Part shown: piece after piece, positions 1-14,322 of the stretch | Position numbering within the stretch: the first letter of the stretch is position 1 | Layout: every line of letters starts with the position of its first letter | NCBI RefSeq assembly: GCF_009914755.1 | Contig: NC_060937.1 | From: the human T2T-CHM13v2.0 reference genome, Homo sapiens | DNA length: 64,000 nt | Reading direction: 5' to 3' (one strand) | Notes under the pieces: model-generated | Databases searched by the model: none | The model's input: only the letters and a program-made list of their open reading frames with translations | Told to the model about the DNA's origin: nothing | Position numbers and translations under genes: made by a program

Positions 1-639
1 ACAAAGTTATGACCTTTAATTTAGTCCATTAATACTTGAAATCTGCTAATCTCTTAAGTAATTCATCACAATTTAAATTTTCATGCAGTATATGACATTT
101 TGTAATAAATATATTACATAAGACTGAAAAACTTAGATCATGTTTTAAAATAGAAGTTTTATAGATATTGAAAAACTGCTTGCACAAAATTTAGTAAATT
201 TTTTGCTATTGCTTTGAAAAATAATTTACAATGGAGGAATCCATTAGCTGTTAATATGGTGGGAATGAAATCAGTCTAGATAATTCAGAGCAATCTTATT
301 ATGTCTCCATTCACATAGGTTCATAGTTATACATCATGAGCAAGAGAAAAACATTTTAAATTGTGAAATATCTTCTGAAACTCCTACTAACAGTTTGATT
401 TGAACATTTTGATCAATTTTATCTGCTAGGTTAAAAAACCAGATAAAACATAAAGTGGAATTGTTTAAATAGGATTCTGAGTACCTTTTTACATTTTCAG
501 CTAAACGAGGTTTTTGACATATCCATTGTTCTTAGCTGTGGTGCTAGCAATGCTTCCCATGATACCTGTTATTTTTTCTTTTTAATCACTTACTGAAAAG
601 TTTCTTTCCCAAGGAATTGATAGGTTAACAAGTGTCCTC

Positions 640-730
640 CTACATTATGAGATGGTGGTTGTAATGATCAAATAAGGTAATATATGTAAAAGTGCTTTAT
701 AGCCATAAAAAGCTTTATATGTATATAATT
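640..730 (+). mobile_element. MIR 3' fragment
   Basis: ggttgtaatgatcaaataaggtaatatatgtaaaagtgcttta resembles the MIR 3' core (ggttgttgtgaggattaaatgagataat...gtaaagcgctt). Confidence 0.5.
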
Positions 731-774
731 TGTTTTTGTTGGATATCAGTAAAAATGGTCTGTAAAGTTGATAG

Positions 775-1204
<430 letters not shown>

Positions 1205-1579
1205 TAATTAGACCTAAATCTTATAGTCCAAATTCCTTGGGTAGAAAAAATATTCATTCAGACTGATACCTGGTGGATTTCTTAACCCATAAGAATCAAG
1301 AAAAGCATGTGGGATGATATAACAGGTACCCAGTAGATGAAACCTGAGAAATTAAACTAAAAGCAAGTAAATGAATACCATGGTAAAGATTGATGAGCCC
1401 TGCCATACTCTCTCTAGAGTAAAACAAAAAGAACAAAGCAAGGAGGAGAGGTCTTTGGTACATCACACAGGGTAGGAAAAAGGGAAGATTAGGAGTAATT
1501 GACTAGATGTTCAAATATGAAACCATTATTAATAGATCCTACGCAGGTGTCATCATTTTATTTATGACTACTTCTCAAG

Positions 1580-1938
1580 TGTGTTAGTTCATTTGGACTT
1601 CTATAACAAAGTAGCATAGACTTGACAGCCCATAAACAACAGAAATGTATTTCATATGGCACTAGAGGCCGAGAAGTCTAAGGTTAATGCACAGTAATCT
1701 GGTGTCTAATGAGGGCCCACTCCTGGTTTGTAGATGGCTAACTTTTGTCACACCCTCCCAAGGTAGAAAGAGAGCTAGAGAGCTCTCTGGGGCCTTTTTG
1801 ATAAGGACACTCATCCCATTTATGAGGTTCCTATTGTGACTAATCACCTCTCAAAGGCCCCACCTCCCAATATCATCTCATTGGGGGTTAGAAGTTCAAG
1901 TCTGGAGCTGTGAGGACACAAACATTCATTTCATAACA
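1580..1938 (-). mobile_element. MaLR solo LTR (MLT1A/MLT1A0-like)
   Basis: tgtgttagtt...aaggccccacctcccaatatcatc...aacattcatttcataaca; perfect 5-bp TSD tcaag at 1575-1579 and 1939-1943. Confidence 0.88.
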
Positions 1939-2659
1939 TCAAGGGTGATGCAAATGTGTGAGCATTAGAATGTGTCATGGAATCCTATTTATACTCACCA
2001 AATATCCCTTTGGGAAATGTAATTTTACCTCCTTTGTAATGAGAGGCTTTTGGCATACCCATTATACTATCAAAATATTAGATTACTTTGATCTCATTTT
2101 TCTCTTGCTCACTATCTAGAAGAGGATATACTATAGTATATACTAGTGGGTAGATACACTACTAGTGGGTAGTTTCAAGATGGAAAAGTTAGAGGAAGAA
2201 AAACAAGATGCTTAAATTAACCATAGCTAGATCATTACTGCCTTGGATGAATGTAATATGTATTTCAAAGCATACAGGATTTGGTACATCTTTCAGATTG
2301 ATATGTACATAAAACATTTATAGCTCTGGCCTGTTTTAACCTCTAATGAATGAAATGGATGAATAAACCTTGAAGATACTGCATGTCTTGGTAAAACTAA
2401 ATGTGTTGTAGAAATAAAGTAATGCTGAGCTTGATATCAATACCAGTTATTTAAAAATCTGAGTATCAGAAAGTATACAAAGCATATATATGAAGCTTGA
2501 TAAATACTCACACAGTATGCCCACCACATAGATGAGGAAATAGAAACCCTATGAGGAAGGCTATTAGATGGTGATGCCTTACCCGAAGTGATCACAGGAT
2601 ATCTTTCAAGTCAAGGGTATCATCAATCTCCTCTTTTTTAAAATTATACTGTGGTTTTT

Positions 2660-2998
2660 TTAAATGGCTTTTTAAAAGAGTAGTTTTAGGTTCACAGCAA
2701 AATTGAGAGGAAGGTACAGAGATTTCCTATGCACCTCCTGCCCCCATACATGCACAACCTCCCCCACCATCGCATTCCCTCACCTCAAAGGCACATTTTT
2801 TATGATTGATGAACCGAAATGGGCACATGGTCATCACCCAAAGTCCATAGTTTACATTAGGGCTCCATGTAGATATTGTACATCCTATGGGTTTGGACAA
2901 ATGTACAATGACAGGTATCCACCATGACAGTATCGTGGAGAGTAGTTTCACACCCTAAAAATCCTCCGTGCTCTGCCCATTTATCCCCCTCTCTCCCT
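2660..2998 (-). mobile_element. L1MC-type LINE-1 3' end
   Basis: agttttaggttcacagcaaaattgagaggaaggtacagagatttcc...atcacccaaagtccatagtttacattagg matches the recalled L1MC 3' UTR, antisense. Confidence 0.85.
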
Positions 2999-4219
2999 GT
3001 GATTACCTTTTAAATAAAAATGTCAGATTTATTGAAGAAGCTGATTCAGGTAAGTTTGTAGTTCTGGAAACACAAGAGTTAATTGTGAAACTTTTCCAGT
3101 TGATGACTTTTATAGCCGATAGCATTTTCTGTATGTCTGCTTGGTCATTTACACTATCTTTAATAGTTCTGAGCATTTGGCATTTTGCCCTTGAAATGTT
3201 ATGGAAATCATATCCAGATTTTTGAAAGCAACTCTGTTAGAATCAGCATTTTTCTCTGAAAAAGTCTCAGAGAAATGACTCCTTTACAATTTTAAAAGTT
3301 AATGTGTTTGGGGGGCAGGGGCTTTAAAAACATCAATTTGTAGACCAGGTGCAGTGGGATATCTCCTCTGAAGTAATGAGCTTAGGTCAAAATTTCACCC
3401 TCTGTAACTTGGGGCATAGTCCCATGTGTACAAAATTGCACGGTTCATGCTGTTAAGCAAATTCATAAAGTGATAGAGCTAAGATGAAAATCTCAGCTTT
3501 TTCAGGAATTGTTGGTTTCCTGTTAAACTTAGTGAAATCAGAAAATCATGACATTAATGAAGGATAAGAGAGAGTGCTAGTGAAAGTCTTTAGAGCCTTT
3601 TCCAAATTTTCTGCAGTTCTTTTTCCATATACCACAGCAACACTCTTGTAAGATCCTGTTTAATACATAAAAGTATTTTCCTTCATAAACCACTGTCAGA
3701 ACTATAGGTTTTCCATTTAATGGCACCACAGTCCACTGAAAAGTGAAAACCATGGCCAACTGACTTTTTACTTTTAACTTCTTTTCTTCTCTTGCTTATT
3801 GACTTAAAAACAGTGGAATTGGGCAGTCCTTTGAGAAATTAGTCAATGTCAAACATTTAGCTAATTTACCTTGCTCAAGTATTTAGACAACTTCTTAAAC
3901 ATTTTGTAGCTTTGTAAACACATATGATGTAATAACACAAAACATATATTGAAAAATTATTCTGAGTAAGAGCCAAAGGAGGAAGAGTCAGATGAGTTTA
4001 TGAAGAAAGTTAGTCCACAAAATGTGGGCAGCAGAGCTTGCTTTCTTAATAAAGTTGAGCTAAAAGCTCTGAGTTTCTTTAAAAATAAAAATCAAACAAG
4101 AAAACACTCTCAGTTACAAGATTTTCCCTGTCCCTAAGGCCATTTGGCTAATGGCAGACAGTGCCTGCTAGTGTCCTGTGAGGAACCTGTTACCTACGGA
4201 CAGCTTCCCGAGCTTCTGT

Positions 4220-4410
4220 CCCACACTAGGTGTTTTAAATGTGTTCTTTCCATTCTCACGATAATTTTTGAAGGAGATATTATCATCTCCTGTACACAGA
4301 TTAGGAAATGGAGCCAGAGAGCTTTTGTAATTCATGCAAAGTCGCAGACATAATTAACTGTGGACCAGAGAATCGAAAGCACGTTTCTCTGCGGTCAAAG
4401 TGCACGCTTT
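4220..4410 (-). mobile_element. MIR
   Basis: attatcatctcctgtacacagattaggaaatggagccagagag...aaagtcgcagac resembles the antisense MIR core. Confidence 0.65.
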
Positions 4411-6174
4411 GCTTTCTACACAATTCCACTTTTCAATGCATGGCTTTTGTATATTCAGTTGTGTGAAGATTGTGACTATCTTTATAAGCTGACTTATTCA
4501 GGCCTCCACGAATATTTTCTGTAAGACCTAGTTGCTTGGGGATCAGTCCCTGTGCCTAATAAGGGGCAGCTATTCACTGTTCTTCAACTTGGCTGAAATC
4601 AGGAAAATCAAATCAACAAATCATCAGGAGGGACTGAAATATTCCAAACTCTGCTCTGGGTGTCTGGGTGTGGGTGAGAGGTTGTATAGATATTTAATTC
4701 TTAGTCTTTAATCTTATGAGGCTTAATAATCTGGCCAAATAAGCCATAAGTATGGGGAAATGTAATGATTAAATATTAAAATAATACTTAAGAATGAAAA
4801 GTTGAAGAGTCACAAGAAGCAGTATAAAATAAATTGACAAATGAATAATACAAGTCATTGCTAGAATATTTCAAAGGAGGGAGACACAGCTTTTATGAAA
4901 CTGATCAGGAAAGGTTTTATGAAGGTGGCAGAATTTCTAAACTCTCAACTCAAATTAAATGTTCAGTTTTTTTTTGTTTTCATTTATTTAAGTTTAACAG
5001 AAAATTGTACAATTAATTCCAGTCCTCAGAAAATGATACTAGAATATTGGACAATGCACTCCACTGACCTTTTAGGAGATTTCCAGCAAGTGAAACTAGG
5101 GTGCATTCATTGTGTTTTGTGCCTTGGAATTTGCAAGTGATTGTTCTGAGGGCTATAGACACACAGCAGAGAAAGCCATAATATTTAGCAGTTCAAAGAC
5201 ATGGACAACTCCAAAAGATACCCCTTGAGAAGTAGTGTAATAGAATTTTCCTTATTGAATGGCTGAAGAAATAGAACAGAAACAGACATCAACTGCCCAT
5301 GTTTTCCTAATAAGGCTGAAGAAACTAGTTTGGAAGTTTAGTTCCTGATTCAGCATCTTGAATTTCAAAGAGGCTGGCTCACTTAGTAGGCATATTGTCC
5401 TTATAAAACCCATTGCAGTCATTATTTAGTTGTCTTTTGGCATGATGTAGTTCGTATTTCTGTTATAATGAGAGTAGCACATTTTGATCATTTTTGCTTA
5501 ATAAAATGAGCAGCTATTTCATAGGTTAATCCCTGTGCTGTTAACACCTCATAAATTAATGTGTATTTAGGATGAGATCAGCTTGCTTGATTAGTTCTTG
5601 CCTGTTTTCCAAACCATGCTTGAACACCTTCATCAGACAGACGTCTGAAAATTCACCTTCTTACATTCTTAAACTTTCTGCTACTTTACACTGGTACTAA
5701 GGCCACCATGGATTAAATTTTTTTAATCAGACATTTAAATAGTTTTTCAGAAGTTTTCCTCTCACATGGAGCCATATGTGACTAGTTTGATTACACTTTC
5801 TAATTTTTAAGAGATTTCCAGAATAAGGTGAAGAAGGTTAGCTAGATAGTGTACTGGACAGATAAATTCAGTGGGCTCCAAGAAGGTGCTCTGATGGAAG
5901 AAGATAGCCAGGAATGAAAGATTCCTTTTGAAGAGTGGAAGCTTTGGTCTTTTTAGTGTTCTCAGGAGTACCCGCAATGGCGAAAAATCAGAAAACTAAC
6001 AGATACACTTATGGATCTCAAGTTTAGTTTCTTGCCTTGAGGTTAGATACATCTTTGTTCCTCATGTCCTACATCATGACACTTCCTGAGTCGACTCCAG
6101 CCTGCAGTTGCTTCAGGCCCAGCACAGATGGCTGCCACCACTGACACCCCATTTACACGTTTTTTTCTTTTCCC

Positions 6175-6568
6175 ATTTCTCACTTTGCACCTCAGTCCTG
6201 CCACACTAGCCTCATTGCTGTTCCTCAAATTTGCTAATGTCACCGCCACCTTGGGGCCTTTGCACATTCTTTCTTTGCTTGATGTGTTCTTCTCCTTGAC
6301 ATCTTTAGTTCTCTATTCAAAGTATCAGAGAAGTCTTTCCTGACTTTTCCACATGAAAAGCAACCAATACCCATTCCCAGCATCATCTATGCCCTGTCCA
6401 CTGATAGCATAACCTGATAAATATTTATTAATTTACTTTCTGTCTTCTCTCAATAAAACATTGGCTGAGGGAATAGTCTCAGTCTCTGTCTCTTTGATTC
6501 ACTGCTATATCCCCAGTGCAAAAATAGTTTTCAGGAACATAGTAGGTGTGCCTGCTACTATTTGTTGG
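6175..6568 (+). mobile_element. L2 (L2a-like) 3' end
   Basis: ccacactagcctcattgctgttcctc...gggcctttgcac...ttcactgctatatccccagtgc...acatagtaggtg...tatttgttg. Confidence 0.8.
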
Positions 6569-6940
6569 GAGTATATGATTGTACATATTTCCTTTCAGAA
6601 TTATATGAATGTTACTATCACTATTATATAATTTTACAATTGATTGTAAGTAGACTTTGGCATTCATGAAGGTACCACTAATCATTTCTTCTCTTCCTAC
6701 TTCACTTCTGAAAGTCACTTAGCTGGTGTGGGAGCTGGGCTCAGTGCCCAGCAACCCATCTGAGGAATAGACAGGACTATAGATAGAACTTGATGTTTTG
6801 GGGTCTATGAAGCTTTCTGGATGCCTTCCCCATGAATATCAAGGATCTATGTTGTGTGACCTGTTCATCCACTTTTATCCTTGTTACTGTAATTCATAAC
6901 TGAGTTGTATATTTTGTGAGGAGCACGAACCATGTTGGGT

Positions 6941-6942
<2 letters not shown>

Positions 6943-6983
<41 letters not shown>

Positions 6984-6986
6984 GTG
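6943..6986. repeat. (TG)n microsatellite
   Basis: (TG)18 followed by cgtgtgtg. Confidence 0.97.
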
Positions 6987-7751
6987 CTCCTACAGTGTCT
7001 TCAGCACAGATTGGGCCCATAATTGACATTTGAGAAGTATCTATGAATAGAAGTATAAGAGTAACTGAATTAAGTTTTAGAGAAATATGTTTTTAATTCT
7101 TCCAAACTAAGTAAATATTTGAAGAGCTGTGAATGCCTGTAGTTTCTAAAATTTTATTTGAATTTTTCAGTTAGATTTATAACACGTATTTAACACAGAA
7201 TAATGCAAAGAAAAACACCCTGAAAGTAGAGGAATCTGTGATGATATTAAGGTTGAAATTCCGTAACATATTCTTGCGTATTCTGCTGACCTTTTTGTGA
7301 TAATGCAGTTGTGAGAATAGGAGATGATCTCAATTTAAACTGCCTATGGCTTCCTGATATTCACTTTGACAAACCAAAATTGGAGTTTATTGCATGTTTA
7401 AATATGAAAATTATGGTAACAATGTCCTACTTTAGCTAACTCATAGTCAAAAACATTTTTAGTTTCTTCCTAATTGAACAAAAATGTCATTTTCCTATAA
7501 TATATTTTGGATTTGTTTAGTTTCACATTCTACTGTTCATGCTAATTTTGTTTAATGGAAACCTATACTTTACCTAAAATCAATGACTTTCCCAGATTGG
7601 AGCGTCTTACGTCTTATTAAACCTCCTTCTCTTCTACATTTTTTTGTATGAGCAGCTCGGTTCACAATTTATTAAGTATTTCTGTATGTTTGTGGAAAGT
7701 GACATCTTGTTACTCACATTTACTAGGAAGGGAACTAAGAGCAACTGGGTC

Positions 7752-8049
<298 letters not shown>

Positions 8050-8399
8050 GAGCATTTGGTTCAAGTGGGTGCCCAGGTTTCTAGATATGCTGAGCAGGTA
8101 ATCCTGGGTATGCTAGGATTTGAGGTGCCCAAGAAAAGCTTAGCTGCCCCAATGGACCCCTGTAACTACTCCAGAAGATTCTACCTTTGCATTAAAGGAG
8201 GGATTCTCTTCATTCCCTTCTTTAATGTGCAAATATTTCTGGGGGGAGTGGCCTAGTAAGCCATAATGTATTATGAATTGTTTGGGGCTTTGGAATGTTA
8301 AAGAGAAAAGGTGAAATGTAGCTTTACACCCAGATCAAGCTCCAGTCTTATGAGCTTGTTTTGAGTCTTTGACAAATTGTGGAGTTTGTATTTTCTAGT

Positions 8400-8598
8400 A
8401 ATATGTTCAATTTACCTACACCAGAAAGACTTGTGAAGTGCGATGATCCTTAAACAGCTACGCGTAAGAAAAGGAAAGGTTTCTGTGGTCAAATTAATTT
8501 GGGAAATAATGGAATAAATTAAATCAAATAGCGTTTTTCCTATAGGCCTTTGAAAATTCTGGGATCATAAAAAAGAGATGACACTGAGGGAACCATGC
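8400..8598. mobile_element. MER103-like hAT-Charlie remnant
   Basis: aaaggtttctgtggtcaaattaatttgggaaat resembles recalled MER103C (gggttccgtggtcaaataagtttgggaaac). Confidence 0.5.
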
Positions 8599-8599
8599 T

Positions 8600-8770
8600 G
8601 TATCCACCAGTTTAGCTGTCAGAAACTGGGTGAGTTAATGCAGTGTGCTTAGTCTCACGTGTGAGCTGCTATCCTGTGCTCCACTTGCTATGAAACAAGA
8701 TCGTAGGTACTGTATAAAGCACCAAGCATAATATCTGGAATATGGTGGGCACTTTTAGAATGTTGGTTTT
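8600..8770 (+). mobile_element. MIR
   Basis: ttagctgt...ctgggtgagttaa...tgtataaagcaccaagcataatatctggaatatggtgggcact. Confidence 0.55.
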
Positions 8771-10539
8771 TTCCCTTTATGTTTTCTCCTTTTACTCTTC
8801 AGAAAATCAAGAACTTCAAACCAGTACTAAATAAAAATTAATATTTTATAATACTGACTTTTCATTCATTAGTCTGAGGCTCTTTCCAAAGAATTTATTA
8901 GCATTATTTAAGTAGAAAATATTTGAATCCTTTCCTATCATAAACTTGATTAGTATAAATGCTTCTGTTTATTTCCTGTAAGGTGTTTTTATATGAATTT
9001 ATTTATGTGAATGCTAATATTTAAATGATATGGTAATAGGACTATATAAAAGTGAATGGTAGATTTGAAGTGTTTTAGGATGATTATTATGTGTCTTAAT
9101 GTTAATTACTTGGATCATACGCAAATTAAAATAGAATATTAAGTAGATAATATTTCAATTTATTTAATGTATGTTGTAGGTTACTCTAAGTCAGAGATAA
9201 TTTTCCTCTTGTTCAAAATCAAGCTACTTTAGATTGCAGAGAGCTTTTAAAGTATTCATAGGTTTTGTCTGGTCATCTGAAGTGAAAACTGGGTTCCCAA
9301 GGCATGCTTATGTGTGTTTTAGAACCTATTTTTTAAGGAAAAATTGAGGCCAATGATGATAAGAAGTGACATTCATGAACATTTGATGAAAACTAAAGAA
9401 TTCTCCAAAACAAGTAACTATTTCACAGTTATTGAAAAAGACTATATGGCAAAAATAAAAATGACATATATTAACTTTTACCAAGCAATACATTTTTACA
9501 GTGTAAATTTTTCAGGTATCATAGGGCATTTTTAGGGTGTCTGGGCATTTTTAGGGTATTTACCATTTTCTGGTAGTTTAATCTAAATAAACTCTCAGGC
9601 AAGCAGATTTTTAAAGAGGACACGATACAGTCACCCTGACCTTATTAAGCCTCTCCCCCTTTCATTATTAATTCATTTAAAGAGGTGTCATTTTCAACTA
9701 CATTTTTAGTCGTTCTAGCTATAGTAATGGGAAAAAAAAAACAACCTGAACCTTAAAGTCAGCATTGCAAGAATATCAACACAGACTCAGAATAACTAGA
9801 TGTATACACACTCTTGATAAAAAGCAGTTTTCAGAAACATTTCTCAGCTCATTGTATACAATTGTTGACATTTTGCCACTGAAATCTTTTTAATGTTGTA
9901 GCCCTTTGAAATTTGTGTAAAGGCTTTGCTTCACATTAAAGTAGATGAGAATATAACGAAAAACCAAAAATAAAATCTTTCAAAGCATGCCTGGTATTGT
10001 AGGGATTTATGATGGTATCACATTTAGGGATCAGTGAACACAAATTTGTTAAGAAAAAAAAAAAAGCAAGATTTTTTTCAGAGAGTTCCAGAGAGACTGT
10101 CTGAAGCGTGATAAAAACAAAATCCACTAGTGGAACTCACTAGAATTGGACTAAGTACCACAGTCATGGGATTTATTTAATTTGCTGTTGGGTTTGGCTC
10201 TGTAAGGGCATGTCAGCATGATGTGGAGTGAAACCAAGGCATAAGAATCACTTTAATCTGATGTGGTCAGTTGTTCCATATGTCATTGTTAAAGTTTGTT
10301 TGAACTTTCTGTCCCAGGTTCCCAGAGAGTTATGGGGGATGCCAAAAGGTGCCATATTTAAATAAAAATCTAGGAAGAAGCTCTTGATGTGATGCTTATA
10401 GAATACCAACACTGTAATTTCTGGTTTTCTTGCTTTCTGTTTTGATTTCTCTTGGTATTTTTCATTGTTTCGTTTTTATTATTTCAATAGTTCATCCATT
10501 TTATTTTATTTTGATGCAAAGCATTAGGTAGGAATTCAA

Positions 10540-10950
10540 CTGTTTTTCTTTCTTGGCAGAAATCTCTTGCTAACTTAAAATGACATCTTTAAAATATAAC
10601 AAATTCCTGTATGTGCTTATGTCTATTTTGGAATTTCCTATTGCATTTCATTGATCACTTTACTGATGCACTAGTATCATACTTTTAAATTATTGAACCT
10701 TCAGAAGTTTAATGTCTATAAATGTCAGTTACCTCTCATTGCTATTATTTCTCAAATGTTGTCTGGATGCTTTTTAAATTTTTAATTTTTTCAGATATCA
10801 ATGTATCTTATTCCAGATAAAATCCTATCAGTAATTTAATTGGAATTGCATTTTATTTAACTCTTAAAAAACATAAGAAGCTTTCCACTTTGTCTTCTTT
10901 CATCATTAAATTTTTTTATATAAATTGTGCACATATCCTGTTCAGATTAT
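10540..10950 (-). mobile_element. Old L1M/L1ME ORF2 fragment
   Basis: cctattgcatttcattgatc...ctagtatcatacttttaaattattg...aaaatcctatcagtaatttaattggaattgcatt, a degenerate antisense L1 ORF2 segment. Confidence 0.6.
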
Positions 10951-11542
10951 AATGTCCAGTTTTCTGAGTAAATCAATATATTCAGATTAAGTACTACCTT
11001 TTTGAAACCTTTCTCCTTTCAGCCTTCTCCTGTAGAAAAAACTGCCTCTTCCAACCATGAAAATAGGTTTATTTTGGGTACCTATAAACCAGCAATCTAA
11101 GGATCCTATGCCTTCTCCCTGAGGGACAGAGGGACTGTAAACCTTCCTTTTTTGCAGCTAGGCATCAAATCAGGTGTTTTCCATTCAAATAGCCTCTCTC
11201 ATCTTCCTTGTGGCTTATCTCATGTGATTTACACAGGTGTTAGGAACAACCCCTCACTCTACACCATTTGCATATGTTAGCTCATAAGAAATCTCACACA
11301 TCCCATACAACCTTGTCCAACTAAGTATTGCGTAGAGGACGTGATATGACACAGTGCTTCTTATGCATCCTGCTCCCATGCATTTGTCTCTTAAGCCATG
11401 ACTGCGTGTAATAACATTCACATACCCTGGTCATGCTTTGGTTTGCCATTTCTCCCTCATTCCCCAATACTTAATACCCCAACCTTTCCACCACAAGCAG
11501 AGTCCTTGTTACTTTTCAGCAGTGTTTTCATTTCTTGATCGA

Positions 11543-11746
11543 CACCAGTTTCTCCATCTCAGCATGAGTGACATTAGGGGCTGGACCACTCTCTGTGGTG
11601 GGGTCATCGTCAGATGCTTACCAGCATCCCTGGCCTGGAACCACCAGATGGTCAGCAGCATCCTCCCCCAGCATGGCAATCAGAAGGGTCTCCAGATATG
11701 GCCAAATGTCTTCTGAAGGACAGAATCACAGCTACTTGAGAACTTC
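11543..11746. mobile_element. MER20 (hAT-Charlie DNA transposon)
   Basis: tttctccatctcagc...gacattaggggctgg...cagcatccctggcct...ccaccagatg...tctccagatatggccaaatgtc...ttgagaac. Confidence 0.85.
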
Positions 11747-13164
11747 CCTCCAGAACTCTGTGGAGATCTTCATTTACTGCTTTTCAGAGCTGTAATTCGA
11801 TTAGCCTCCATATCTCTCCTTCTGGTCTATCAGCTAGCTCTCTGGGAACTCCCCTTACCTGAGTCAGGAAAAACTTCAAGGCTCTAACTGTGAAGCCACC
11901 TTTTGCTCCTGCTAACCACAGAATCCATGGAAAGTTTTTGCTGCCTGGGGCCCCCTGGCTTTAACTTATTGCATCCTTGAGTCTCACAGGTGGTGCACTG
12001 AGCAATTATCATGCTTCACGTCCTTACTTGCACCTAGGTTTCTCTGAGCGCAGGGTGTGATCAAATATAACACTGGATAGAACGCAAGGGGTTGGGGGAG
12101 AAGGCCAGAGAGAATTTTGATTCAATTTAGTTTCTTGGGTAAAGGAATACATTTTGTATATGTATTCATTGTTAAATCTTCTTAAGCCTGCTGTTCTTCT
12201 ACATGCATAGCTTTGATTTCGATTGAAATCTAATAGGAATAAGAGAACGAGGATCGAAATCTGTGAAATATATTCGCCCTCTCCTTGCACCTCATTCATT
12301 ACACACCCTGGGTGCATTTTCACTCTTTCCCTTCTCTGTTAGTTGGCAGTTATTTCTTATTGCCCTTCTAATTATATTCTGAAGTCCTTTATAGTTCCCT
12401 ATTTGTCTTGTTTTTCTAGCCTGGTTACAGCCCAAAATATATTTTCCACCTGTATTTTACTGTGTTTGCTTTTGTCACTTAATAATATTTGTTGTGCACT
12501 GATTATTTTTCAAGATTTTTTCCCCCAGGAGACAGTCTTCTTACAGTCTGTTGTGTTTAGATGACCGTGCCTTTAACTCTCTTGCTGTTTCTTTTGTCTC
12601 TGACAAATTTAGAGCAGCAGTTTGGAATATTTAGTGTTGTGTTTTTCTTGCTGAAGTTAAAAAGAAAATATCTCTGTGAACCTTCCTTTTAAGGTTCATG
12701 GTGTATCAGCATTTTCTAAACAGGTTTTCTCCTGGGTAGAGACAGCCGTGGGTGGTGCCCCACTTTCTCGGAGATAAAAATGTCTTTGAGAGACTTCTTA
12801 ATTCTCTTCTGCTCATTCTCCCCTGATACCATTTCTTTGGTTGGCTTGAGAGATTTTAGCACTGTTCTTTACACACAGAGGATGACATAGGAATGGCATG
12901 CTCCCAAATGCACCATCAGGTGACCTCATTTTTGAGGATCATCTGTTCTAAAGGCTCTCTTCCTCCAAAGCCAGGTGCTGCGTCTTCTGGTGGCTCAGTC
13001 CACCCTGCCCCAGCTTTGCCTGCACTATCTGCTACTGCTGTGACCCACTAAAGAGTCAGATGGTTGAGCCATGAAGTCATAATTCAGAGTAGGACAGTGC
13101 TGACCAGAGGCTGTCAGAATACGTGTTTTATGTTGTTTTCCAGTGGTGGAGTGATTAAGCTGTA

Positions 13165-13320
13165 ATGTACACATTTATTAAAACCATTTTGATGCCAAAT
13201 ACTGCGATACATAGGTAAACAATAAGTCTCAATTTTTAAGGCACTCACCAGCTCTTTGGGGGAGAGAGACACATATATAAAGCAGGTAACTTTGAAGGCT
13301 GTGATGCAGCTCTGCTGAGC
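13165..13320 (-). mobile_element. L2 3' fragment
   Basis: acatttattaaaaccattttgatgccaaatactg...aaggcactcacc...gggggagagagacacat. Confidence 0.55.
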
Positions 13321-13472
13321 TCTGTCTCCATCCCTCTCTACGCTGTCCAGTATGGTGAAGGGATGGATGTGAGCGTTCACCACTCTGGTTAGTGTTGTAA
13401 CCTCTGTATGGAACTCCCTGACAAACAATGCAAAGAGGAAATGATGATCAGTTCAAGAAGGCTACTCACTCA

Positions 13473-13911
13473 CAGTGCTGTGTCAGAGCCAGCTTTTACC
13501 TGCTTGGAAGGATCTGTTGCAAAACGTTCAGGAATTTTTTGAGCTGGTTGTCAAACAGGGACATTATGAAACATTAAATTACATAATCATAAGATTAAAT
13601 AAATGATATCAAAACAAAAATAATAAATACTCAAAATGCATCGCTTTCTAAGTATTCAACTACATTTTACTGTTATCCATGTTTTTGAGGTTACTGATAT
13701 CTCTTGTGTCTTTATGGTAGAAATACTACATAATGCCATGCTACTGTGCATCTCTCTCCCCAGCTCCACAAGCAGTGATATCTCACTGCTAGCTTGAACT
13801 TGGCCATGGTGGGAGTATTTATTTCATGGAAATTGGCAGAACAACTCAGGCTTCCCCATGCGATTCTCTCTACCTAGAGCTGGTTGTGAAACATTTACCA
13901 GCTCACTACTG
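13473..13911. mobile_element. MER63B-like hAT-Blackjack DNA transposon
   Basis: Termini cagtgctgtg...ctcactactg; internal gagctggttgt repeats; ggccatggtgggagtattta; aaacatttaccagc. Confidence 0.85.
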
Positions 13912-14290
13912 CAAAGTTGTGTGTATTATATAAACAGGAAAACCATGGAGTTCAATACGGTCCCACTAATAAACAGAGGATGCCACCACATAAATCACAG
14001 CACCTGCAATTTGTCAGAATCAGAATAATATTTGCAATTCTTCCTATTGGCCCATATCCTGACATGTCAAAGCCAGACTAAAATACTTTATTCTGTTGAG
14101 TCAGGTACCCAAATGCTGGAACCTCTTGCTGTTGGAACAGATGTCTGTTACTAAATAGATTTTTTTCTAATTGGCTAAAAACCCCAAACCCTCACAGTTT
14201 CAGTAAAACAACAGAGAGAGGAGAAAATTAGTGGCTATTGGGGGTATGAGGAGAGATCCTGGGAAATTAGAATCACACAGGATCTCTTTT

Positions 14291-14322
14291 GCTTGGTCTT
14301 AGCCAAAAGGCTGAGAAGCAAT
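14291..14322 (-). pseudogene. 3'-truncated U2 snRNA retro-pseudogene (first ~31 nt of U2)
   Basis: Minus strand reads attgcttctcagccttttggctaagaccaag vs U2 atcgcttctcggccttttggctaagatcaag (3 mismatches, 2 at CpG); flanked by 13-bp TSD caggatctctttt / caagatctctttt. Confidence 0.92.

Noticed and set aside
3047-3056. Consensus splice donor cag|gtaagt
   Set aside because: No convincing upstream acceptor; isolated donors occur by chance.
9522-9558. 15-bp direct repeat gggcatttttagggt x2
   Set aside because: A simple micro-duplication, not a telomeric array or CRISPR-like repeat.
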